From NCBI GenBank assembly GCA_002269645.1, contig NIVC01002901.1, positions 66,762 through 130,761 of the forward strand: a stretch of 64,000 bases of DNA, written 5' to 3'. The notes under the pieces were generated by a model. It did not search any database. It saw only the letters and a list, made by a program, of their open reading frames with translations, and was not told the origin of the DNA. Both the position numbers and the translations under genes were made by a program. Shown piece after piece: positions 51,301 to 64,000 of this stretch. Every line of letters starts with the position of its first letter. Position 1 is the stretch's first letter. This DNA is from Macrostomum lignano. Lineage: Eukaryota.

Positions 51301-52092
51301 GTTGACAGGAGTGTGTATGCCATATTTCCACACTATGACAGCCTGTCCACAGCACAGCTCCCTATTGTTGCCTCGGCCTGAACGTCACACAGGCAGTGCA
51401 ACGCGCGGTGCTGTAGGTCCCCATCAGCGGTGCTGAGTGTTGAGCGAGTGCTGGCAGGTTGCGCTCTGCTGATTAAATAATTCAGGGCCCGCCGCCGCCG
51501 CCGCCGCCGCCGCTGATGCTGCTGCGGTTGCTGCCGCTGGAGGGGGGGGGGCTGAATTGCGCGATGATGCCTCAGCGAGTGCTGCTGAAGCCTGCGGACT
51601 GGCTGAGCGGGGAATTTCAAGGAAGGAAGGAAGGAAGCGCCAACCGCCGCAGAGAGGGAAAGGGAGACCGGCCCACCCGCGAGAATGAAGTGGGCGATGG
51701 CGGGGGGGCAGACAGGCGGGGCCTGGTTTTCCCAGCGCTGAGATTGGCAAAGACGGGGAAGCGACCCGGGCTCTGAGTAGTCTCAGTCTCTCTACTTTTC
51801 TCATCTCAGCAGCCTCATAATGGCGACTTCCCCAACCCCCCGCCAGCTCTGCCTCCGACCCCACAGCGACTGAGTGAGGAGCTCAGACTCAGGACTGGCG
51901 AGGGATGGGATGGGAGGTTTTGAGGCCAATTGATCTCTGGGTCTGGGTGCGGAGTCTCTGGGTCTGCTTTGCTTCTAGGATATTGGATGGCAAGGCTGCC
52001 GCAGATCATGGGAGAAATGAGATTAGGAAGGGGAAGGCGAGTGAGGGCCTGACGCAATGAGATTTGAGGGGCAAGAATGGAGAGGAGAGAGT

Positions 52093-52215
52093 CGGAGAGC
52101 AGTGAGACTTGAGATGATACGGGCGGAGAGCAGTGAGACTTGAGATGACACGGGCGGAGAGCAGTGAGACTTGAGATGACAGGGGCGGAGAGCAGTGAGT
52201 CTTGAGATGGCAAGG
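52093..52215. repeat. 31-bp repeat (GGAGAGCAGTGAGACTTGAGATGANACGGGC) x~4
   Basis: Direct inspection. Confidence 0.85.
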
Positions 52216-53204
52216 GGCGGAGGCCCGGCAGAACGGCCAGTCGATACGCAAATTGCAGGGAGAGGCGGACAGTCGGCCGGGCGGGTCTCCCCGGACACCC
52301 CGGACACGCCCAGGCTGAGCAGTAAGAGCAGTTTTTGATTGCTTGAGGAAACAGAAGACAGAGAGCTCTCCTATACATCAGATTTTTAGTTACCAAGCCA
52401 GCCTCATCTGCGACTCGCCTCCCTCAGCTTCTCAGGAATAAAGACTCCCCAAGCCGGAATCCCTGCAATCTCATGCGAGGAGTTTAAGATTGCATAAATT
52501 GCTTAAAATTCTGCTTCTGCATGACCAGTTCGGCAATTAAACGATTTTTTCCATTAAAATTCGAACGAAGGATTTTGCGAGCTTCTATAGACAAACGCCG
52601 ATTGTAGCAGACTGATGGATGACAGAAGTTGACAACCAGCTCTGAGGGCATTGTGATGTGCGAACTGCTTTTTACTGCGCAGCTTCTTACTAAAAGCAAA
52701 AAATAGCACAGCAAATTTCTGCTCAACTTGGTGATATTTTTCACCTCTGTTTGCTTTCCGCCCCTCTCCTCAACATTCGAAGACCCCCGCTCGAGTGGCT
52801 TTATCTGTCCACAGTCCGGCAGGTCCCGCGGGCTGGCACCATTACAGGGCGATAAGGCCCGCCCGCTTGAAGGCGGCCAGAGTCGCCTGCGGGCCTCTCT
52901 TATCGCCGGGGCCGAGCGGGGACCTCCCGTGTGCAGAGTTCACTGCTCAGCCGGCCTTGTGGCTCATTGGCTTTCCTGAGCGTTCTCTGCCGCGGTCGGT
53001 GTGCCCCTTAGCCCTGATATCTGCCAGTTTTGAAACTGGCTTGACCTCTGGCTTGATAGCTTTGAGTTGGCTTGAGAATATTTTTAATACCCATTTGGAA
53101 ACGCCGAATCTGATAGGTAATTATGCTTAGGTAATTGGGTAATTACGCTTAGCATATTAAGTTTCCTGTTGAAGCAAATTCGGGTTTATAGGTACTTGCT
53201 AGTT

Positions 53205-53510
53205 TGAGTAGTTTCGGGTTTGAGTAGTTTCGGGTTTTAGTAGTTTCGGGTTTGAGTAGTTTCGGGTTTGAGTAGTTTCGGGTTTGAGTAGTTTCGGGTT
53301 TGAGTAGTTTCCAGTTTGAGTAGTTTCGGGTTTGAGTAGTTTCGGGTTTGAGTAGTTTCGGGTTTGAGTAGTTTCGGGTTTGAGTAGTTTCCAGTTTGAG
53401 TAGTTTCGGGTTTGAGTAGTTTCGGGTTTGAGTATTTTCCAGTTTTAGTAGTTTCGGGTTTGAGTAGTTTCCAGTTTGAGTAGTTTCCAGTTTGAGTAGT
53501 TTCCGGTTTG
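53205..53510. repeat. 16-bp repeat (GGGTTTGAGTAGTTTC)n
   Basis: About 19 copies. Confidence 0.95.
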
Positions 53511-54382
53511 TTCAGGCTTGTGAAATTTCCACTGTCTGGACACTTAACAACACAGTCTTAGTGGAATTTTGACCCCAGGAAAGTAAATCGAAGAGCTTCA
53601 TCAGCTCAATATTGAATAGTTGGGCACTTGAATAGAGACACAATTTGAGTAGCCACTCACTGCTGGCCCCCTGCCTGCCAGATGTTGCGTCTCGGCCTGA
53701 GTTCACTCAATGGGAGCTGTCGATAGCGGGGGGAGCCCCTTCAACGGTTCTCTTTCAACTCATATTTGCCCATCGCTGCCTCCTAATTTCTGTTGTCTTT
53801 CGCTGCCGCGCCCGCCTATTCGGGTCTCGGGTTCTCTTGAGCCGCATTAACAATGGGGGAGGGGTTGGGCAGGGTTGGGGTGTGGAGGCAGCACCGCTAT
53901 TGAGATTCTGCCTGCTTTTGATGAGGCAGCCATATAGACGCGTCACGCGATAGCTTCATCATTGTGAGCTTCATAGCAGCCCCGAGTGTGTGAGTAGTGA
54001 GTTGGCCACCGCCTTGGCCACAGCACTTGGCTCAATGCGCGCCAGTCCCCGCTCTGCTCTCTCTCTGCAGCGGGTCTCAGCTGCCCCCCCCCCCCGGTAA
54101 TTCAACAGACTTCTGTCAGTGGCAGGCGGCACAAAGAGGCCAGGAAGGAGGCTGTCATCGCGCGCTGAACCTGCTTATTGAGAGTCTGCGAGGCCAAAGC
54201 TTTGAGGCTGGAGTGGCTGGCAACTCGCGAACAGCCAAGCTGTGAAGAATAACCCGACTTAGTGGTCTGCGGCGGCCAGCCTGCAGCACCGAGCCAGAAC
54301 TCAATTCGAGTGCGTCACCGCGCGATGAGTAACGCAGCAGAGCTGCTCTGAGCTCAGCCGCTAATTGAAGCTGTTTAACATT

Positions 54383-54979
<597 letters not shown>

Positions 54980-56939
54980 TGTTATCAAGATTCCTGCAGT
55001 TGCCGCTTTGCCGTTTTTGCGAAAAAGCCCGCAACAACAGGGAGAGCAGTAAAAGCAGCAAGCAAAGTGCTTGGAGCAGCCAGAAGAAGGGGAATATTGA
55101 TTTCGACTAAGCCTGGAACTTCCCCAACCAAAAGCAAAGCAGTGAGTGGTCTCCCTGGGAAAATCTCCCCAATCCCCAATCTTTGCCTGCAGTGTTCGGC
55201 AAGCCGGCAGGCTGGGCGATGAGGCTGCGGATGCAGCACCTGTGAGTGGCTGGCGGGCGGCGTCCAATCAGAAGTCGCCCTCGCCCGGGCCACGGCAGTC
55301 TCTGAGGCCCCTGCCGAGTGTGACACAGCAAAGCTGATGGAAACGCCCGAGACTGATGAAGGAGGAGGCTGGGGGAGTCTGGGCAGCTCTGCTGACGTGC
55401 CTGAGAGAGATTTCTGACAGAACATCAACCGATGCAGGGGGCGGCGGTCAGGGAGGCTGCGCCCGCCTCTCGTGCAGCGATGAAGAGGGACTCGCTGCTG
55501 CATGTCTAATTAATGGGGCCGACAGCTTCAACCTGACCCCCCGCTGTCCCCTCCCCTTTCTCGCCACCATTCATTCCAGGTGATAAAAAGTGAAGCAAAC
55601 GAAGTGAATTAAAGCGACCAAACAAAGAATTGAGCCCCAGCTGAGAAATTGGCTCAACCAGCTCACACGCAAAGTTCACCGACCTGGTCACTGCGTCCAA
55701 TTTACAGATTCGATTATTAAATAAAACAGTGGCTGGTTGAGTAAATGTTTCGCCCCTCAGTGTTGGCAACCGCTTGCTTTGACGGCATTGATTTTGGCGG
55801 CTGGTGGGGAGGTGATTTGAAACTGAGGCCCTGGGAAAGCTGGGGAACAAAGCCTCGATGAGAGAGCATGCCCTGCAGGAGTCACACGCTTCACACACAG
55901 CCTCCTTCCTCGTCTGCCTTCTTCATCTTCACTAAAGCTCCCGGAGGACTCAACACAGGACGAGTGCGTCATTAGAGACCCTGTCTTCTCCCACCCCTCT
56001 CACTCTCTCTTTGATGAAGTCTGCTCCAGCATAACTTGGCCCTCGGGTCGCGGGGCCTGAGCACTCAGACACTTCTCTTAGAGGCTGCAACTGGCATTCT
56101 TCTCTCTGCTTTGCAGGCGCCTTTGAAAGCCTGAAGAAATTTTGTCACCTGGCGCACCTGACAGACAAAGGCAATACAGGATGGGAGTCTGCGATAGCCC
56201 GCAGGCTTTGTCCCCAAGGAAATGGGAAGTCGGAGGGGATGCGGGATCTGCAACACGCTGCTTTTTTGTTTTATGACAGGAGGCTTTTCCTGCTATTGAT
56301 ACAGGCTTGCTTTTATGGCCATGATGGAGAGTCTGGGATTCTGGTCGGTCAGGTGTGAAATGTCGGAGAGCCCACCTTGCAGTTCCATCGTGCTGCTGCC
56401 TGTTTCTGCAACCAAGCTGAGTCGAGCCAAACTCAGTCGAGACGAATTCTCTCAGCAGAAGCTCCCGCTGATGACGCAGCTCAGCATGCGATGCGACTTG
56501 TGAAGGCTTGGAGTTTCGCCGCAGCACTTTCGCGCATGCAGCGGCAGCCTCGCAACATTCATTAACTTGGCCTGGCGCCCCCTCCCGCCCAAAGGCTTGG
56601 GATGAGGATTGAGGATGGGGGGAAGGCGGATGCGCGGCAGCTGGAAGGCTCCATCACAAACCCTGCCGTCACAGTGGGACCTCCAGACCGGTTCTGTGCC
56701 ACCCCCCCCCCCAGCCCGACAGCGCCAGCCTCCGCCTGCATTTCATTTTCCCTGGGCATATTTTATGCGACGGAAACTGGGCCAGGGCAGCCGCATCCTC
56801 AGCCCGGCTTCCCCGGCCTGCCCTACCCGCCTCTCTCATCCCCTATGCATGCAGAGTCCCTCTGTTTCTCTTTCTAATGCCTTGCGCCGAACACGAGAGA
56901 GCGAGGGCAGCCCTAAACTGCAGCAGCTGCGGTGCAGTA

Positions 56940-57090
56940 CCCAGCTGCACCTACTGAAATCTCTGCTCTCGGTTGTGGAGATGGATTAGCTGCACCTACT
57001 CTCGGTTGGGGAGATGGATTAGCTGCACCTACTCTCGGTTGGGGAGATGGATTAGCTGCACCTACTCTCGGTTGGGGAGATGGATTAGCA
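56940..57090. repeat. 33-bp repeat (GCTGCACCTACTCTCGGTTGGGGAGATGGATTA) x3-4
   Basis: Direct inspection. Confidence 0.88.
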
Positions 57091-57639
57091 ATGCATTCTA
57101 CAGGAGCTCAGCATGTAGTGCTTTTGTATAAATTTGACTCGCAGCCGCAGGCGGAACACAAGTTGAGACAGACAGGCAGGCATAGACGGAAGGCGGTAGA
57201 GAAGCACACAATACATTGAGAGCACACGAATGCGGGCCTGCACGCTCCGCTGAGCTGCCCTTGGCCCAGCCCAGCTGTCTGAGAGCCATGGGGCTGGCTG
57301 TGTAGTTGCAGCCGCGGGGGTGGCTGGGGACAGCCTAGCAGTTTTTGGTACTGCAGCAGCTGCAGCAGTGTAGAGGGGCTTCTGCAGCTCTCAACGTGTG
57401 TCGGCGCTGCTGCAGTGCTACGGAGCGCGACAGAGTGGAGTGGCCCCAACCCAGCAACCAAAAATGCCATTCATTGATCTATAGGGACTTTATTCCCCAC
57501 CGCAGCTGTGTGAGAGGCAAGGGACAGAGACTATGAGAGCTGTAGGTAGACGAAAGGGTTCAGTTTTAATTAATGGATCGCTCTGTGGTCAGATGTGGAC
57601 ACCTGAACTTGGCGACCCTATGAGTTCAAATGGAGCCCT

Positions 57640-58085
57640 TATAAACCCAAAAGTAACACCCTAATAGACCCGAAGCAACACCCTTACAAAGCCTAAGCAA
57701 CACCTTTATAAACCCTAAGCAATACCATCATAAACCCTAAGCAACACCTCATAAACCCTAAGAAATACCTTTATAAACCCAAAGAACACCCTTACAAACC
57801 CTAAGTAACACCCTTATGAGGCCCTAAGCAACACCCTTATGAGGCCCTAAGCAACACCCTTTTGAGGCCCTAAGCAACACCCTCATAAACCCTAAGCAAC
57901 ACCCTGATAAACCCTAAGCAACACCCTGATAAAACCCTAAGCAACACCCTCATAAACCCTAAGCAACACCCTCATAAACCCTAAGCAACACCCTTATAAA
58001 ACCCTAAGCAACACCCTCATAAACCCTAAGCAACACCCTTATAAAACCCTAAGCAACACCCTCATAAACCCTAAGCAACACCCTT
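57640..58085. repeat. ~22-bp repeat (ACCCTCATAAACCCTAAGCAAC)n containing CCCTAA
   Basis: Direct inspection. Confidence 0.92.
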
Positions 58086-59009
58086 ACATGTATGAGCCCA
58101 AAGCAACACACTTCGGCACACCCATAGTAACTTGAATCTTATCAGAGAACCAAGGGCCGCCGGGGTGCAGCTTCAGACTGCCGCAGGCCGTCCACCTTCT
58201 CCCTTGCACTGACTGACAACAGCGGCCTGTAGTGATAGACTGTCGCTACAGCAAGATAAACTTGTTGGGGAAGGGGGGCACAGTTACGCTGCACTTCAAA
58301 GCCGACGCCATGCACAGGCCAGAGGGACCGAAGGCAATCTGTAGGCTTGTCTGTTGTCTCATGCAGGAACAGCGCAGGGTTTAGCGAAAAATCACAGAGA
58401 GACAGAACTGCAGATAAGACCCAGAGCAAACGCAGCTGCGACTCAGTCTGACACGCAAAAGCAGGCTAGCTGCTTTTCTCTCTCTCTCTCCTCTCTTTTG
58501 AGTCTTCCTTGAGTCCTCGCAATCAATCCCGCGGAGAAAAATCGCCCCCGCTTCCCTGGCAGGAAGCGAAAGAATTTTTTATCGTGTAAAAAGTTGCGCT
58601 GGGCGCGGCTTTTCTCTTAGAAAAATTCTTTTTTTTCATTTTGTTTTCAATTTTTGCTTTCTCTCCTACTGATTTCCTTTCCTTGAGCGCTAGAAGACGA
58701 GGCTGCTCTGCTTCTGCAGCTAATTCTGCAGTCGCCGTTTTCACGGCCTCTGATTGGTCCAGAGGCAGCCCAGCCAGTGGCTGCCGGGCAATGTCGCCTG
58801 CCTGCCAGACAATGGCAAACAGATGAAATGGCAGAAGAAGAGGTTTTGAAGTTTCCATAGCAAGCAAGATGGTGACCGGGATAGTGACAAAAATTTGTGC
58901 CTGGGTAAAAATTCCGTATTGAGCATTTTTGCCTACTTGGGGATAAGAAAGATGTAGTGGGATTTTTGGATTTGAATATCAGTACGGAAACAATAATTGG
59001 GATTTTATA

Positions 59010-59355
59010 ATGAAATAAGGGAATTTCAGGGCCAAATAGGGGGATTTCGAGATCGAAAGTGAGATTTTGGGACCAAAAAGCGGGATTTCGAGATGAGATA
59101 ACGGAATTTTGGGATCAATTAGCGGGATTTTGGGATCAAATAGTGGGATTCGGGGATCTAACAGCGGGATTTCGGGATCAACTAGCGGGCGGGATTTCGG
59201 GATCAAACAGCGGGATTTCGGGATCAACTAGCGGGCGGGATTTCGGGATCAAACAGCGGGATTTTTGGATCAACTAGCGGGCGGGATTTCGGGATCAAAC
59301 AGCGGGATTTCGGGATCAAATAGTGGGAATTGGGGGATCAAATGACGGGATTTCA
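59010..59355. repeat. GGGATTTCGGGATCAA-based repeat (21/25-bp alternating units)
   Basis: Direct inspection. Confidence 0.85.
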
Positions 59356-60762
59356 TGACAAAAAAGCAGACGCAATGTCGCAATTAGAAGCTTGCAGGCA
59401 GGCAGGCAGCTAGACAAACTGGTGACAATTGAAGATAAGATGTGCCGCTTATTGTATATTTATTTCATCAATAAATAAAATGAATAAGCAAATAGTGGTG
59501 CAGAGGGTGTTTGCTTCACTACCAAAGCCCTTGTGCAGCAGGGGTGCAACAATAGCTTTAACTAAAGTGATTCTATAAAGCGGCTCTGTCTGTACACAAA
59601 GGAGCAGAAACTATGATACATGAAAGCAGCAAAACAGAACGCTGATAGCAGAAATTAGAATAGTGCCCCCACAGCCAGGCGAGCCCCAGCGCCAATGCCT
59701 AAATAGTTAATATTCATTTGGATCTTCAAGGACCGAGGAAAAATCAAAGCAACGTGCGCACAGCAACGCCAAATAGGAGCAGGTGAGCTGGTGGACAGAA
59801 TTAAATCGACAATTCTTGGAACAAAAATAATCAGACAGTGGCAGACAAAAATAGAAGAGGTTCGATAAAGCGTTTAAAGAGTCTCAGTGACCGGATAAGC
59901 AGGTTGGATCAGAGGTGTCAATCAATGTGGATCAAGGAGCCGCCGCACACCGCATCTCTATTCATTATAATAAATAATAGTGGAAATAGCGGTCTATTGT
60001 TGCAAAAGAAGCACAATTAGCGCTGTTGCTGCTTCTAGGAGAAGCCTACACAGACTATTATGGATAGAAGCGGACAAAAGCTAAGACTAAGCAAGGAGCT
60101 GATCAAATTCAAAACGGGCCGGTCGGTCAGTCAGGCGGCTGGCATGGGGATTGGGGGAGGGCCGGGGCAGCAGCTGGACTTGTTAAATGTCAGTCAGCCC
60201 GTGTTTATGCGAGGGGAGGCGGGTGGGGCCAGAAGCAGACCGATTACAATGGGCCAGCGGGTGGCTGGGCTGGGCGAGGGAGGCTGGCAGGCTTGGAGGA
60301 GGGGAAATGATGAAGGAAGCCCTTGGGGAGGGAGGCTGGGGTGTGAGGGAGCTGTGATGAAGGAGACAGACACCACACACGCCTCAGTCAACAACCCAAG
60401 CAAGGGAACAAAGACGCTTAGAAAGGGTGAAGCAGAGGATGGCTGGAGAGGAAAAAACTCCCGCGGGGATTTCGTTAAACAAACAAGAAGGCTGTTCCGA
60501 TCAATGGATGATGACTTCCACGCCAATCGAGGAAAAATCGCTAAGAATTTGGGGACGAGCCACTTTTCGCTTTGGCTGAAAGCAGAAGATTCTTCTGGGG
60601 GAAACAGCGATGGGGTTTCCAATAATATTGAATTTTAGCTCTGTACTTAATTGCAGGCCAGCTACTCAAGGGAAAGACAGCAGGTGTATTGAGTCGGTGT
60701 GTACTGAAGGCCAAGGGCGATCGCAGGCAGCTGAGGGGGGTGGGTCAAGAAATTGTCAGTGC

Positions 60763-63551
60763 TCATTTGTGCGGCAGAAAGTGCGGCTGCGGCATCAGCG
60801 GCGAAGGAATGGAGAAGGGCGGCGCCATCATGAAGGGCTCCACCAGGCCGGGCCGGTGGAACGGCGGGCCCAGGCTGTGCGGCGGCATCGGCGGCTGCTG
60901 AGGCGGCGGTGGAGGCGGCGGCGGCGGAGCTCCGTGATGCGGCAGGCCGTTCGCCGGCGGGGTTTTGCCGGGCCGGGGCTCACGGAGCCAGCGGCCAGCT
61001 CGTGAATCTTGTGCTGCTGCTGCTGCTGTTGTTGCTGCTGCAGTTGCTGCTGCATGATGAAGGGCGAGCGCGCATATCCCAGAGCCTCCATCGAAGCCTT
61101 GTCGTGCAGAAAGGGCGACATGAACTGGCCGCAGTCAAACCCGCGGCCCAGCAGGCGGTAGTCCGGGAAGCCCCCAGGGGGGCCGGCTGGGAACGGCGGC
61201 GGCGGCGCCATCGGGTGCGGCGGCGGCGCCAGGGCGCCCATGAAGGCCGAGGCGGCGGAGATTGGCGGCGGCGGCACCGACTGACGCGAGGAGGGCCGGC
61301 AGGACGACGGCGACTGAAGCTGCGGAGTCCTTGGCGGCTCCTTCAGTTGATGCTGCTGCTGCTGCTGCTGCTGTTGCTGCTCGCGAATGTCGGAGTTCTC
61401 TGCCAGGATCTGCCGCCGCTCCTCCGCCTGCTTGGCGGTGTCTTCCGAGGGCGAGTGGCCGAGGCTTGGCTTCTGCGGCGCGTTAGGCGAGCCTCTCGGC
61501 GTGGCGTGGTGCGCGGCGGCGGCGGCCACGGCGGCGGGTTTCGAAGCGACGGTGGGAGAGGCGGGCAAGCGCGGCCTGTGCGACTGCGGCAGCGGCGAAA
61601 CGATGGCGGCCGGCGGGGCGGCTGAAGTCTTCAGCTGGGGCGTCAAGGATGTCAGCGGCTGAGCGGCGGACGGTGGCGGAGGCGGTGGTGGAGGAGGCGA
61701 GGCCGGTGGCTCCTCCTTCTCCAGCAGCGGCGCAGAGCCCTCGTCGCTAATGTCGCTGTAAGCGGGGGAGACGGGGTCGGAGCGGCGGCTGCACTTGGCG
61801 CGCTGGCCGCTCCCAGTTGGCGCCATTTTCGGCGCCAGCGCCGGCGGCCTCTCGGGACTGCGGCGCTGCTTTTTCTTCTTGGCGAAGTCCGTGACAGCGC
61901 CGTTGACCAGGGGGGCGGGCTCAGCCGCCGCGGCCTCCAGCAGCTCCGGTTTGGGCTGGATGGGCTTGAAGGGGCCTTGGGCAGGCGGAGCGGCCTTGTC
62001 CTCCTTGACTGGCTTGGCCTGGCCAGCGGCGGTGGGCACCGGGCACGTCTTAGACACGGTCACGGTCTTCGACGGTGAGGTTCTGGCGGCGGCCACCGGC
62101 GGCGGCTGCTGCTGCTGCGCGGCGATTCGCTGCTGAGGCACCTTGAAGACACTGGAGCCGTCCAGAGACTTGATCTCGCGCAACTGCTCAGCCTGGAGGA
62201 GGTCGGCGGCGCAGGCCAGGCTGGGCCGCAGCTCGCCGTGGTGCCTGATGGTGTGCCACTTCAGCGCCTGCAGCTGGGAGAAGCGCTTGTCGCAGCCGAG
62301 CTCCGGGCACTTGATATGAGGCTGGTCGGGCAGCTGGGCGTCATCGCCCGACTGCTGCTGCTGCGCGTCGCCCGGCAGCTGCGCCGGCGGCGACTGCGAC
62401 TTGCTGCCGTCCTCCTTGCCGTCCTGCCGGCTGCCTTCGTCGCTTTCGTCGCTGCCTCGACTCGACAGCGGCAGCTGGCGGCCCAGCCGGCGACTGCCCC
62501 GGGCGACTCCGTTAACGCCGCTGCTTCCACCGCCGCCGTTGCCGCCGCCGCAACCCGGAGGTCGCCGCTTGCCGCGGCCGCGCGCATTCCTAGACGACGA
62601 AGTCTCCATGGGCGGCACGTAGTCTTTGGGGCAGGGGGGCGCGAACTCGTGCTGCGAGGAGTCCAGCAGGGTACCGACGTAGGTGCGGCCACGCCAGGTG
62701 ACGTTCACCACAAGCAGGCCGGTGGTCGTCTCCAGCCACACGATGCCATCCAGGCTGATGTTGGTGCCGGTGTCGCAGGGCCCCAGTTGGTCGGGCTCAA
62801 CCGAGGTGCCCACCGTGGCCGTGTTCACCGAGGCGTCCCGTCGGGCCTGCTGGGACCCCGGCTGGGTGGCCGTCTTCTTTTTGCCGTTGTCGGCCTGTGT
62901 CGCGGGGAGGCAGCGGGTTAGAAACGGATGACGTCATCAGCGATCAGTGGATGGATCGCATTGGGGAAATCCCAGGCCTCATTCGTCCCCCCCCATTAAA
63001 CGCGGCTCTTTAATTTCGACCGGGGCTCGGCGGGGCATCCGGGAGAAGATTGGGAGAAAATTGGGGAGTGATTGCATTTATCCCCCCGGGGACCAGGCTG
63101 ACGGGGATCCTGGGGAAGTGGGGAGTGTCTCCAGATTGGCGGGGGCCCCAGACCCCCCTGCGCGGCTCACCTTGTCAACGCGAGCCTTCTTGGCGTTGGG
63201 CCCGGCCGAGTCGTCTCTGGCCGGCGGGGCCTCGGCGGCGACAATCTCGTGCTTCTCCTCGTGCTTGGACTTGCGCTTGATCTTCATCTTGAGGCTCTTG
63301 TCGGGTTGCGCGGCCGGCTCCGGCTTCGGGCCGAGGGCCGGCGTCTCCGATGGCGCGGCGGGCGCCTCGGTTGCTGGCATCTTCAGGGCCGGCGGTGGCG
63401 GCGGCTGCTGCTGGTCTGCCGAGCTCAGGTCGATCATGAGATCGCCGAGAAGGTTCCAGTCGGATCCCGAGGAGGCGAAGGAGTCCGACAGAGTGTGCTC
63501 AGCCGGCTGCTGCTGCTGCTGCTGGGGTATCACCGGCTCAGCAGCTGACAT
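60763..63551 (-). CDS. ZNF608/ZNF609 (sbb): ZNF608/ZNF609 (scribbler/brakeless) transcriptional co-regulator. Exons 63551-63171 and 62894-60763; one base missing at ~60959-60962
   Basis: SDWNLLGDLMIDL and KSLKMKIKRK in exon 1; GTNISLDGIVWLETTTGLLVVNVTWRGRTYVGTLLDS; atypical C2H2 CPELGCDKRFSQLQALKWHTIRHH; SPAYSDISD. Donor GTGAGC, acceptor ACACAG, phase 0. The corrected C-terminus is Pro-rich and ends ...PHFLPHK*. Confidence 0.92.
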
Positions 63552-64000
63552 CCGTTTGGCATGGCACGGTCAAGGGGCTGCGCCGGCTGCAATACGGTTT
63601 GTTTTATAAGTCTGCTTTAGCGACTCAAATTTCCAGCAATTTGTTGTGCTTAAAACCGTTACTGCGGTGGTAAAGTAAAACAAAGTAGGTGGGTATATAT
63701 TACTCTTAATAGAGTTTCTGGGTCAGCGGCCCGGAGGAAGTCCTGGGAGCTTTCTGGGTCGGCCGCTTTCTCTCTCTCGGCTGAGTGTCTCCGTGCGTGA
63801 TTTCAATTTTCTTTGCCTAGAGAAGCTCCGGTGGGAAATGAACCAAGGAAGGAAAAACAGTCGCAGACCAGAGGAAGAAAGAGATGGGAAAACCGAGCTA
63901 ACGGCCCGAGTGACTGACTGACTGCGTGGCTTCGGGGCAAAAAAAGCAGATTGATCACAAGTGCGACATCTGGTTCGCTTCTTTCTTTGGGGGGGGGGGT

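Overview
This is eukaryotic (metazoan) DNA: GC-rich exons, GT-AG introns packed with micro- and minisatellites, and no prokaryotic features. The architecture resembles the flatworm Macrostomum lignano (inference, not verified). Six host genes can be read: HFM1/Mer3 helicase (3 exons, -, partial), an apparently intronless SLC16/MCT transporter (+), LMO4 (+), MCRS1 (-), TENT4/PAPD5-7 (-) and ZNF608/609/scribbler (-). At 3.6-11.2 kb a decayed, 3'-truncated Ty3/Gypsy element is split between protease and RT by an apparently young, full-length 5.4-kb non-LTR retrotransposon. That element has APE-RT-RNase H-Zn finger, is Loa/R1-like, and carries a perfect 14-bp TSD, a (TAAG)n tail and a TAATG stop-start junction. 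An AT-rich island (45-50 kb) holds a tRNA-derived SINE and a MITE, both with TSDs. About 30 tandem arrays, mostly with unrelated units, fill introns, UTRs and spacers. Five apparent frameshifts are each repaired by one added base, which suggests assembly errors. Most long ORFs in the track are repeat translations. I found no clearly new multi-gene system. The best leads are the LINE's translation and targeting features and the in-situ origin of arrays from gene signals.
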